Both the position numbers and the translations under genes were made by a program. The notes beneath the pieces were generated by a model that saw only the letters and a program-made list of their open reading frames with translations, did not search any database and was not told the origin of the DNA. Positions 12,594 through 23,344 of a DNA stretch of 64,000 bases are shown here, one piece after another (positions within the stretch are counted from its first letter, which is position 1; every line of letters starts with the position of its first letter). The DNA is from Scyliorhinus canicula. Its lineage: Eukaryota. Location of the stretch: NCBI RefSeq assembly GCF_902713615.1, contig NC_052151.1, positions 151,051,050 through 151,115,049 of the forward strand, in the 5' to 3' direction.

Positions 12594-12942
12594 GGACAGC
12601 ACGGTAGCATTGTGGATAGCACAATTGCTTCACAGCTCCACGGTCCCAGGTTCGATTCCAGCTTGGGCCACTGTCTGTGCGGAGTCTGCACATCCTCCCC
12701 GTGTGTGCGTGGGTTTCCTCCGGGTGCTTTGGTTTCCTCCCACAGTCCAAAGATGTGCAGGTTAGATGGATTGGCCATGATAAATTGCCCTTGGTGTCCA
12801 AAATTGCCCTTAGTGTTGGGTGGGGTTGCTGGGTTATGGGGATAGGGTGCAGGTGTTGACCTTGGGTAGGGTGCTCTTTCCAAGAGCCGGTGCAGACTCG
12901 ATGGTCCAAATGGCCTCCTTCTGCACTGTAACTTCTATGATC
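12594..12942 (+). mobile_element. tRNA-derived SINE, same family, inverted relative to 11850-12186
   Basis: Near reverse complement of 11850-12186. Confidence 0.85.
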
Positions 12943-13333
12943 TACATCCTGTTGTATTCACTGACAATCTTCATCACTTTCCGCAACACCTGCAATCTTA
13001 GTATAATCTACAAATTTGCTAATCAGACCTGCTACGTTTTCTTCCAAGTCATTTATATATATTACAAAGAACAGAGGTCCCAGTACTGATCCCTGTGGTA
13101 CACCACTAGTTACAGACCTCCATTCGGAAAAACACCCTTCCACTGATACCCTCTGTCTTCTATGGCTAAGCCATTTCTGGATCCATCCAGCTAGTTCACC
13201 CCTGACCCCATGTGATACAGATTAATTGAGGATGGATTTGGGAGAGGAATTTTCCAGATTCTTTCCCCTATTGGGTTTGGATTTTTTTCTCCTCTTTGGG
13301 CGATTACCTCGTTTGTGGGAAGAGTGTGTAGAG

Positions 13334-14954
13334 CAGTGCTTCTCAAACTATCTGATGTGGCGGACCGGCAGTTTTTTTTTCAATGTGCCAGGGACCGGTG
13401 AGCGAAACAAGCCAATCCAGCTGGGGGTTCGGTGGGGGGGGGGATGTGAACCCCCAGAAATTTTTTTGAGATATGTCTTATTGCAGGGGCATTTTGAGAC
13501 TATCTGTACTAAACATGACGACATGATGTCTTATTCATTCTAAGGCCAGTCATCATTGACGTAACAAGTCTTCCCAGTGTGCCAGGGACTGGTACCATTT
13601 TGTGCCATATAATTAATTGTTTACAATCCTACAAAATATTATTTGAACATTCGTAGTAATATTCATTTATACCGGAAAAATATAATGGATATATAATAAA
13701 AGTAAGTTGACATATGTATTTATTTTATATTGATTTTGTAAACAAGTAATTCAATATTACAATATAAGTTTAAAAAATATTAACAAATCAAACTAGCAAA
13801 GCCTTCTGACACAAATATAAACATGTGTATATATAAGTAATAAAATGAAAAATTATAATGAATAAAGTAGGTTAAAAAATTATATATTTTAGTTATTTTA
13901 ACCTCAATGAATAAATACGTTAAAATAAAAATTTGAAAAGAATAGGTAACATTAAATTGAAGACATAACCTTGAAAATATGTCGTAATACTAAAATATGA
14001 AATTGATGATTATTTTATTAACACAATAATAGGCATGTCAAAACCTTAACCTTTACTAATGTGAATGGGAAATGCAGTGGGAATGCTTTTATTGAGAAAT
14101 ATTTATTTATGTATTTGTTTTAATTAATTTTATGTGGAGAAATACAATTGATACTAATACAAATACATCATACAATAATTATATTAAAAACAGTGAATTT
14201 ATAAAAACATTTAAAAAGACTTAGTTAAAAGTTTCACCATTAATTATTCATTTGACCAGGGTTTAATGTAATGATCATTAAATAGCTTGGAACGAATTGA
14301 ATCGACCAAGCCATCTGGTCAATTTTACTTCTGCCTCCCAGTCCCCCGTCTGAAAACAATAAAAACCGGGACAAACTGGACCTCTGTTTGGCCGCCGCTC
14401 AACGTGGCAATTGATGACGGAAAGGAGAAAAATGTTTTATCTCGACCACAGTGGTTTCCGTTTTGTTGTTGTTCGAATTTACACAGGAATAGATAATGTG
14501 AACCGGCCTTTAAGATTATTAGTACTTTCAGATCAGTGGGTTGGGACGGGGTCCCAAATGACAAACACGCAGATATCCGTATGATGCTCTCAGTTCCACT
14601 TCTTGATGGTAACTAACTGACTGACCTGCTGCTCCACACGTGTAAATCAGGGTTGTCAAGGTCACACGTCACATCATCATGATGGTGTTGCCATACCGTT
14701 TCATCCGTTTTTTCAGTTCACTGTTTTGCTGTTCATTATATCGCATTCGTTAGTTGTATAGCAATGACTTTTAACTGGAGTGAGTAAATGAAAAATGTAG
14801 CCATAATAAATATAAAACTAAAATGAAAATATTAAAAAAAAACCCGAGTCAGATATCCCGGCAGTCTCCCGTGGCGTTGAATATCACTACTGTCTCTTTC
14901 TTTTCTGGAAACACTCCACGTTCCGGTACGCGTACCACACTTTGAGAAGCACTG
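13334..14954. mobile_element. Non-autonomous hAT (Charlie-like) DNA transposon
   Basis: Perfect 14-bp TIRs CAGTGCTTCTCAAA at 13334-13347 and 14941-14954; perfect 8-bp TSD GTGTAGAG at 13326-13333 and 14955-14962; no transposase ORF. Confidence 0.92.
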
Positions 14955-15426
14955 GTGTAGAGGGTGGTGCGGACAGTGGTGGTATTGAAGGGGGTTGGTG
15001 TTGAGGAGGTTGTCTAGTAACAATAATCAATAATCTTTATTTGTGTCACAAGTAGGCTTACATTAACACTGCAATAAAGTTACTGTGAAATTCACCCAGT
15101 TGCCACACTCTGGCACTGGTCTTTTGCTGGCTGCCACCTTTGTGTCTTGAGTCCCCAAGTTCAGAGAATGAATTCTCGAGAAGATGGAAACTGGGTGAGG
15201 ATGGCATCGTGTATGGCCATTATGTCCCTGTAATCCAATAGTTTATTGGTACAATATTAACTCTCTAGCTTTACAATTAAGCATGGCAGCCTCAGTGAGG
15301 TATCAAAGGGTGCTAGGATCTCTGGAACAGTACCTCAGCTCCTTGGGAGATTTAAAAAGGAAATTTTTTAAAATGGATTAGTCCATTAAAAAACTGTGGT
15401 ACGAGTGAGAAGAATCCTGTATAACT

Positions 15427-15657
15427 TAAAAAAAAAAAAATTTAGAGTACCCAATTCATTTTTTTCTAATTAAGGGGCAATTTTTGCGTGTTCAATCCAC
15501 CTACCTTGCACATCTTTGGGTTGTGGGGGCGAAACCCACGCAGACACGGGGAGAATGTGCAAACTCCACACGGACAGTGACCCAGAGCCGGGATTGAACC
15601 TGGGACCTCGGCGCCGTGAGGCAACAGGGCTAACCCACTGCGCCATCGTGCTGCCCT
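15427..15657 (-). mobile_element. Short tRNA-SINE with T-rich tail
   Basis: 16-bp TSD AGAATCCTGTATAACT at 15411-15426 and 15658-15673; A/B boxes. Confidence 0.9.
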
Positions 15658-16169
15658 AGAATCCTGTATAACTGGCAGACTGAGAGGAAATCCAGACAGA
15701 GTAGGACAACATTTCATGACATTACAATACCCAACTGCAGAGCATGTTTTGCACGTAATATTGGGCAAATCCTGGGTGTGAAATTTTCAATTACAGCCTT
15801 GTAATTGAGTTGACTCGCGTCGAAAACAAAGTCGCTGCACCATCAAATAGGCAGCTGGCAACAGCAAGACGGGAATATAATTGCCTATTGCTTTGTTTCT
15901 TTTATTTTTCTCTTTCCCTCTTCATAGACAGCTTGGCTGTAGGATTTACATATGTTTCTCTTTAGTTTTTCCTCCATTATTTTGCTCTCCAGCAAAAGTA
16001 AACAAAATAAATCTTGTAAACAGCCCATACAAGTTTGAGATTGCAGTTTTAAAGTAGAAGAATGATTACTGTGATCTCTTACTGAATGCAAGATCATTGT
16101 TAAGCTTATGGTTGGTGAGTGACCACCTGAAAACTTGGAAGTGTGACAACAATCAGAATCTTCTTTGAC

Positions 16170-16510
16170 ATGACACCTTTAGCATAGTCAAATGTAAATT
16201 TGACACCAAGACACCTAAGGAGGCATTAGGACAGATCGTCAAGGAGGTAGGTTTCAAAGAGCACCTTGAAGGAGGAGAGAGATGTAGAGGGGCAGAAAGG
16301 GTCAGAGAGTGAATTCTTGATCCTGAGGCCCAGGCAGCTGAAGGCAAGGCCATTAGTGCTGGAGTCAGTAAAATCAGGGATGTGCCAGAGGCCAGAACTG
16401 CAGGAATGCAGAGATTTCAGAGGACTGCAGGACTGGAACAATTTCCAGAAGAAGAAAGAGTCAGGGTCATTAAATTCTTTGAAAACAAGAATGAGAATTT
16501 TAAATTTCTG
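16170..16510 (-). mobile_element. L2-like LINE 3' fragment
   Basis: Reads FKILILVFK...GLAFSCLG...FKVLFETYLLD, typical of the L2 ORF2 C-terminus. Confidence 0.6.
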
Positions 16511-16519
16511 CCAGACCAC

Positions 16520-16810
16520 ATCGGAGGCTCCCCTGGGGTCAGCCCCCCCACCTCCGGCCGCCACTCAACCCTTCCACGCCGAGGTCCCGCTGGCCCAGGG
16601 CAGGTTAGAACGGCGCTGGTGGGACTCGGCTCATTTCTTACAGCCGTTCGGCCCATCCTGGCTGGGGAATCGGCGGGCCGGCAGCGTAGAGTGGCCCGCT
16701 ACCGCCGCCGATTCTTCGCTTTGCGGAGAATTGCGTGCCGGCGCCGGGGTGGCGTGGCCCGTTCACGAGGATTCTCCGGCCTGGCCCAGGGCTGGGAGAA
16801 TCCCGCCCCA
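16520..16810. repeat. GC/CpG-rich MITE-like repeat with GGAGAATCCCGCC-type end; related copies at ~24380-24625, 28975-29020, 32323-32505, 46090-46400, 57690-58230 and 62400-63020
   Basis: Shared GGGATTCTCC/GGAGAATCCC terminal motifs and GC-rich interiors. Confidence 0.55.
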
Positions 16811-17117
16811 GGTTTCTGCTCCTGCCACATTACTGTGCTATGGAGAGGAGGGGGTCAGTTCAAGCAGCATTGTTTTCCTATTACAGCCTGTCCAGAAATA
16901 GAAGGAATTTCAATTATATTTTTTTATAATAAGCGGTGCGGCAGTTTCCCACCCCTAAGTTTTTAAGTGAACCAATTTACTAATAGTCCCACAGCAAACT
17001 TGAGTTACGATTAATGCAGCAGGTTAGTTTGTTGTAGGCATTAAAAACCTTTGAAAAGTAAGAGCTGCTAAATATGCTCATCAGTGGCAACACGTCCCAG
17101 CAGACCCAGAGAAGATT

Positions 17118-19560
17118 GCATCACAGCGAAGTGGGAGACAGATCCTCCCTCAACCAAGAGAATGCACTCAGTCTCACCAAGTTGATAAACAGGGAGTGAA
17201 TGCCCTCTAGCCTGCTTTCTTCAACAGCAACAAGCTCCTGCCTTCTCAAACGGCCAAATCTCCAAGGAGAGCAAACTCTCCCAAAAAGTTATTTCATCAC
17301 CTGGGAAGGCACCCCAGTCTCCAAAGGGAAGATGCTCAAAGAAGAACCTTTGTCTTAACCAATTTCTTCAAAGGCTTGTCAAAACCTAATAATAGTGAGG
17401 AAACAAAAGATTTAAAGATAAGGAGATGGATGACAAACCACTGAAAAGTTATAAAGCCCAGAAGAGCAGTCCCAAGTTACGGGAGTAACACGGGCCCTCT
17501 CCATGTCTGAGAGAAAAGACACGGGCCCTGAAGAATCGAGCAGGAAAAGTGCTACGCCACTCATCCTGTTTGAGGAGGTCGATGTAATATTTGATGACAA
17601 TGCTGGTTTTCTAAATGCAATTAAGACCTTCATGGCAGCCGCGAAGCAGCCGGTTATACTCGCCACCACTGATCTCAACTTCAGCTTAACGTTTGAGTGC
17701 TGCTTCGAAGAAATCTGCTTCAAAGTGCCATCTTTGGCAAATGTTGCCACCTACCTTCAGCTCTTTTGCCTAATTAAGAACCGCAACGGCCCCAGAACAG
17801 ATCCTTGTGGTACGCCACTCGTAACTGAACTCCATTCTGAACATTTCCCATCAACCACCACTCTCTGTCTTCTTTCAACTAGCCAATTTCTGATCCACAT
17901 CTCTAAATCACCCTCAATCCCCAGCCTCCGTATTTTCTGCAATAGCCGACCGTGGGGAACCTTATCAAACGCTTTACTGAAATAAAGGTGTGTAGGTTCG
18001 GTTGATCTTAGATTAGGATAAATGTTTGGCACAACATTGTGGGCCGAAAAGCCTGTGCTGTGCTGTACTGTTCTATGTTCTATTGAGCCTCTCATAGCTA
18101 ACATCCTCCGGACCAGGCAACATCCTGGTAAACCTCCTCTGCACCCTCTCCAAAGCCTCCACATCCTTCTGGTAGACTGGTGACCAGAATTGTGCACAGT
18201 ATTCCAAGGGCAGCCGTTCCAAGGTTCTATACAACTGTAGCATGACTTGCCAGTTTTTACACTCTAATACGTGTGGCATACGACAGAGCATCCTGCACTT
18301 GCAGTTCTGGGTGAGAAGTGGAGGTGGTTACCATGTGGATAAGCCCCTCCCCCCGCTGAAGAAATAAGCATGATTCCAAGCCCAGCTCAAGAAGAATTAG
18401 TCGGAAACGCTCTTGCTACTGAAGACGGAGAGGCTCCATTGTGAAGACACAGGATGTTCCCAACTGCAACACAGGATGCACAGAGAACCTGCTTGGCTTA
18501 AAACACATCACTGGCTCTTCAAGTGATCTCTTTTCCATGTTCAAGCAGGAGGTCATTTCGCTGGAGCAGTGGAGAAGGCGAGTGCATATTCTCCTGGAGT
18601 TCCAGAGGAGAAGCTGGACTTCATATTCCATAATTTGGAGATTCTTCTGCCTCTGCCAGTCCAAGATGCTCCTGACCCAAAGGGCCCTGAAAATCTGACT
18701 GCAGAGGATGCTGAGCTTCCTGTCTGCAGTTCTGCACATACAGCTGCAACACTGCCTCAGGGCAGCAACACATCTGTCAATGGCTGCCTTGTCAAAATCA
18801 CCCGCAGTGAAAACGTCACAGAAAAGCCGTCTTGTTCGATGACAGCGACTTGTTTGACTCAGCTGATTGAGAGCCATACCTTTGTGATTTAACCAAAGAA
18901 AACTACCTCACCTTGTGTTGTTGGAAAAGTAGCAGGAAGCCAAGCTAGCAGAGATGGTCCCTCTGGGAACAAAACTCATTCCTCCAAAGAAGCCAAGGAC
19001 ACTAGCAGAACAAAATTGTTGTGAGTCGGTATCTTTGTGTATCGGATCGCTAGCCGAGTTCATTCTTGGACTGCTGCGGTTGAGAGAGAGGGAAGCGGAG
19101 ATTAAAAATGGCATCTTGGCCGAGGGCAGAGCTGAGTCGGCAGATTGGTGTTCCTCACACAGCTTTGGGGAGATGAGACAACTGTGGAAGCCTTGAGCTG
19201 GAAGAAGTGTCGGTCACAGATTCAGCAAATCTGTTACCAAGTGCAAGGAACCAGAGAAGGACCAATGGAGGAACTCTCCCTTCAGGTTCCAAATCGACAA
19301 AAACAGAAATGCTGTGTTCACTCAGTTTTCCCATCTTCACACGAGCACTGCATCTAAAAGAATAGAGGTGCTGAAGTCTGTGTTCTCTGGCAAGGCATTT
19401 GCAAATGTGTGTAACAGATGAGCAAGTGCTGCAGAATATCTGCCAGCTCTCTGCATTATCTGTAGGACAGAGAAACTGAAAGAACAAAACTAAAACGCAG
19501 GTTTCTGCATTATTTGGATAGTGCACATTTGGAGCTGCCTAAACACATTCTGGAAGTCCC
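17118..19560 (+). pseudogene. ATAD5: Intronless, N-terminally truncated ATAD5 (ELG1) retrocopy, interrupted by a CR1 patchwork at ~17783-18265
   Basis: Translates SQRSGRQIL..TQSHQVDKQGVN, SRKSATPLILFEEVDVIFDDNAGFLNAIKTFM, CGIRQSILHLQFWVRSGGG, GCTENLLGLK, IFHNLEILLPLPV and FLHYLDSAHLELPKHILE with no introns; in-frame TAG at 17208-17210 and frameshifts. Confidence 0.9.
17783..18265. mobile_element. Composite CR1 insertion (minus / plus / minus fragments)
   Basis: 17783-17983 minus RT fragment; 17984-18082 plus 3' end with TGTTCTATGTTCTAT tail; 18083-18265 minus ORF2 3' fragment. Confidence 0.85.
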
Positions 19561-20542
19561 AACCTCACTATTGGCTGGGCCAGCCCAGTGAACCCATAAT
19601 CTATGCTCCCGCTTTCCAAGGAGCAAGAGGGGGGGAGAAGAACAGCATGACTGTGTGGAGATCTTGAAAGAAAAGAGGAACTGAGCCTGGCAACAGAGAA
19701 ACCATTGCACAACCCAGACCTGATCCTGTTTACAGATGGCTCCTCCTTTGTTGATAATGGCATCCGAAAAGCAGACAGAGCCGTCACAAGCCTACACGAG
19801 ATTGTAGCAAAGGGTTGTCTGCCCTCAGCGACGTCAGCCCAACAGGCTGAGTTGATATTGTCAGAACCTACCAAATACTGTCAGTTCTGCTTCCCTACTG
19901 GCATCGGCACTTGGGGTGACCCACCAGAAGGAGGACATGACATTGTCTCCAGAGTTTGGGTCTACGTGAAGAAAATACAAAAATAAACTTTGGGAGCTAA
20001 GTGCGAAGGTCCTTTCCAGGTGCTATTGACCACCCAAACATCTGTCAAGGTGCAAGGGAAGAAGATCTGGATACACGCCTCTCATGTGAAACAATCACAC
20101 TGGGATTAAAACTTTTATCTGCTAAACGGACAATTATTATTTGCCAATATGTTCAACCTCTTTGTTATATCGGCTGCTAGTATTTTAAGTGTTTGCATTC
20201 CTTTGACTAGCCATGCCTTGCACAGACATGTTCACAGGGAGCTACATGTCAACACCTTCCTTTACATGTCCTCAGTCTCTATCCTCCGTCCCATGAAGCT
20301 GGGCTACTGGATGGCTGGGTTTTTTGGGAACCTCATTAGTTCAAGGCTTGATCTTATTCTTTATTATCATTCTAAATCTGTATTGTGTTTTTCTGCTTGT
20401 TAAGTGTTGCTGTAAACAAATAACTGAAACCCCTGCTGAGATTATACCCCTGCAATGCTCTCACCATCTTTCCCTACACCACAAACACACTTCCTATTTT
20501 TAAAATGCAGGCTTATTAAGGCTCACCTATCACAAGGGGGAC
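19550..20542 (+). mobile_element. Class I (gamma/epsilon-like) ERV internal remnants: RT tether/RNase H, integrase C-terminus, possible env fragment, PPT
   Basis: PNLTI...HDCVE...PLHNPDLILFTDGSSFV...TSAQQAEL; GPFQVLLTTQTSVKVQGKKIWIHASHVK; PPT AAGGGGGA at 20534-20541. Confidence 0.85.
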
Positions 20543-20786
20543 TGTAGAGGGCAAAGTAACCTAATCAACTATGAAGCTAATTAACTACTAAAACTAAGCT
20601 AATCAACTATGTGTGCGTCACACACGTAAATGTCGTCAAATATGCGTGTGCTGATCTAAATAAGTTTGTACATTAGTGTCTGCGGGCTCATTTACCTGAA
20701 GATGTAAGAACTGCGTACCTCAATAAAGGATTTCTAAAAACTACCACACGGACTCCGACTTTTTGTGAAAAAGATATGTTCTATCA
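20543..20786 (+). mobile_element. 3' LTR of the ERV
   Basis: Starts TGTAGA right after the PPT, ends TCTATCA; internal AATAAA at ~20722. Confidence 0.75.
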
Positions 20787-21031
20787 GTGAAGTAGGCACG
20801 CAGATATTACAATGATATAAATTTATCCAGTAGAGTTGGGTTAGATGGTGGTGGTCCAACTTGGACAGTGCTTGCATCTTTGTGGCCTGCCAATTGGATT
20901 TTAAAAGAGCAGACTGGCTGCGTAGCTCAGAAAGGTAATGTTAAACTGCTCAAAACGCCAGAGCCTTGGGTCATGTGACCTTCCTTCTCCATAGTGACTT
21001 AAACAGGGATGTTTATCCAGTGTCTGGATTT

Positions 21032-21257
21032 TTAAAAATAAATTTAGAGTACCCAATTATTATTTGTTTTCCAATTAAGGGGCAATTTAGCGTGGCCAAT
21101 CCACCTACCCTGCACATCTTTGGGTTGTGGGGTTGAAACCCACGCAGACACGGGGAGAATGTGCAAACTCCACACGACCAGTGACCCAGGGCCGGGATTC
21201 GAACCCGGGCCCTCAGCGCCGATGTCTCAGTGCTAACCACTGCGCCACGTGCCGCCC
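21032..21257 (-). mobile_element. Short tRNA-SINE
   Basis: 16-bp TSD TCCAGTGTCTGGATTT at 21016-21031 and 21258-21273. Confidence 0.9.
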
Positions 21258-21711
21258 TCCAGTGTCTGGATTTGGTTGTTTCCAAGACTGATATGTCTCC
21301 GCCATTATGGGTTGAAAGGGGTGGCATTTGTCATTGAGGGTCCATGTTTGGGAAACCATTATGTCAGCAGACCGATGGCTTATCAAATGCAAATGGAATT
21401 CCTGTAGCTCTTTTTGAAATTGGTCTGTACAGTCCCAGGTTGTCTATTAGATGTTCCTTAGACATAATGAGGTGTGACATTCCTGAAACTGAGAAGATAA
21501 TTCTTTTGTTCTGGAGACTGCTGAGGATAATTTCCAGACAGAACCATCTTAACTGTCTTTGTTCTGCAGAAAAGTCCAGTTTAAAAATAAGAAATCATAA
21601 CGAGGATAAAGTTTGAAACTATATACAGGGTTGAGTTTCTGCTCCACATCGGAGGAACCCAACAAATTAAACGGCTATTACCAAAGTTGTTTTCAAATAT
21701 CTATCTCCATG

Positions 21712-22040
21712 GCCGCGCCAGTTCCTATATCTGTAATTTCCGCGGCCTCATAACTCTCCGAGATAGCTTCACTCTCATCGCTGATTTTAATTGCTCTGAC
21801 AATGGTGGCCGTGCCTTCAACTGCTGAGGCCCGATGCTCTGGAATTCGCTCCCTCAATCTCTCCACCTCTACACCTACCTCTACTTTTGCTACCTAAAGA
21901 TAATCCTTAAAACCTACCTCTTGAACCAAGCTTTTGGTCATTTGGCCTAATACCTCCTTATATTGCTCTGTGTCATACTTTGTTTTACAGTAATGTTTTA
22001 TTACATTAAAGGTGCTATATGAAAATAATGTGCTGTTCAA
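21712..22040 (+). mobile_element. L2-like LINE 3' fragment
   Basis: GGTGGCCGTGCCTTCA..CTCTGGAATTC..CCTTAAAACCTACCTC..AAAGGTGCTATAT, typical of an L2 3' end. Confidence 0.65.
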
Positions 22041-22478
22041 TCTCCATTGTGATGCACTATAAGGCCTGTATCGAGGGAGTTCTTAGTTTGAGGTGGTATG
22101 AAAACATGTGATGTATACTAGTTAGCTACCTACCTTTCCTGCAGTTTGTGAACATTATATGGAGAGTTCAATACAATTTCATGTGGGATTTATATTTGCG
22201 TATCATTTGTATAACGGAGATCGAGTAGTTTATCTTCCCGCACTTCCTTCTACTCCTCCGAGGTCTCACTTCCAGAGGTATCAGCTTTATACATGTTGAT
22301 GAAAATTTGGTTGGATATCATCAGAAAACATCCAAATTATTTTCTTTTTAAAAAAAAGTATTTTTATTCAAGTTTTTGTCCAAATGATTTTCATCTGAGG
22401 TAAATAATGTTCAATGCATGTTTTATGACTTTTTCTTTGTTTCGCAGGTTTATCTGCTTTTAAAAACAATGGTGAGAT

Positions 22479-22550
22479 ATGTTTCGGAAAGGAAAGAAAC
22501 GCCACAGCAGTAGCAGTTCTCAAGGCAGCGAAGTCAGCACAAAAAGCAAG
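22479..22550 (+). CDS. ITGB1BP1: ITGB1BP1 (ICAP1) first coding exon (exon starts at 22448)
   Basis: MFRKGKKRHSSSSSQGSEVSTKSK, near-identical to the human ICAP1 N-terminus with its NLS; AAG|GTAGGT donor. Confidence 0.97.
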
Positions 22551-23344
22551 GTAGGTTTTCATTACCATGGGTATACTCCGTCCACTGACATCCAGACTCG
22601 AAACGTTAGCTCCGTTCTCTCTCCACAGATGCTGTCAGTCCTGCTGATTTTTCAACATTTTCAATTTTGTTTCCGATTCCAGCATCCTCAGTAATTTGCT
22701 TTTACTCACAGGCTTTGACTGATGTTATCAAAGAGGTAAAAGCAGAGAATATTGTTTTAATTTGTAGGTTGCTATTACATAATTAAAGAAGGTACTGAAA
22801 TTATAAGCTTTGATGATGTGTTTCACATTTCATAAGATGGACTGCTTTATTTCTTTGTTCTGCAGAAAAGTCCAGTTTAAAAATAAGAAATCATAACGAG
22901 GATAAAGTTTGAAACTATATACAGGGTTGAGTTTCTGCTCCACATCGGAGGAACCCAACAAATTAAACGGCTATTACCAAAGTTGTTTTCAAATATGTAT
23001 CTCCATGTTTTCAGTACGCACACACATAGAGAAATGCTGTGGAAGCTATCTGCTCAAACTTTTGTGAAACATTGACTCACATCTCTCTACCGTGTCTCTC
23101 CCTGTGGTTCAAGGTTACTACCAGTGAATTAATAACCTTTACAAGTTACCCTAGGCAATCATTTAACACCAAATGTTTGTGGCGTTCCTTGTTTACATCT
23201 AACTTATGAATTGTAACTGGGCTGTAATCTTTTCACTGCCTTATTAATACCTGTTGAGTATGTAGCTTTTTCACTCGTTACCAATTTGTGATTCATCAAC
23301 CTTGTTAAAACATTCTCAAACTTTCACCAAACCTGCTAAGTAAT

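Larger units (their letters stand above)
8030..13215 (-). mobile_element. Older CR1 LINE interrupted by a young CR1 and two SINEs
   Basis: Collinear CR1 pieces at 8030-8299, 11678-11850, 12187-12593 and 12945-13215 (e.g. [13 protein letters not shown] at 12958-13143). Confidence 0.8.
21556..23007 (+). repeat. 156-bp dispersed direct repeat (21556-21711 and 22852-23007)
   Basis: Copies identical except one substitution (21701 C vs 22997 G). Confidence 0.95.

Noticed and set aside
15660-17117. Search for the 5' LTR, PBS or gag of the ATAD5-carrying ERV
   Set aside because: No copy of 20543-20786 and no convincing PBS or gag motif found; the region holds L2 and MITE fragments
17503-17985. 160-aa ATAD5-like ORF as a functional gene
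   Set aside because: Fragment of the disrupted retrocopy reading into antisense CR1; flanked by stops and frameshifts
21560-23005. Direct repeats as LTRs of a mini-retrotransposon (TG...CA can be found within them)
   Set aside because: Identity extends beyond the TG/CA, there is no PBS, PPT or TSD, and the enclosed DNA contains a conserved host exon
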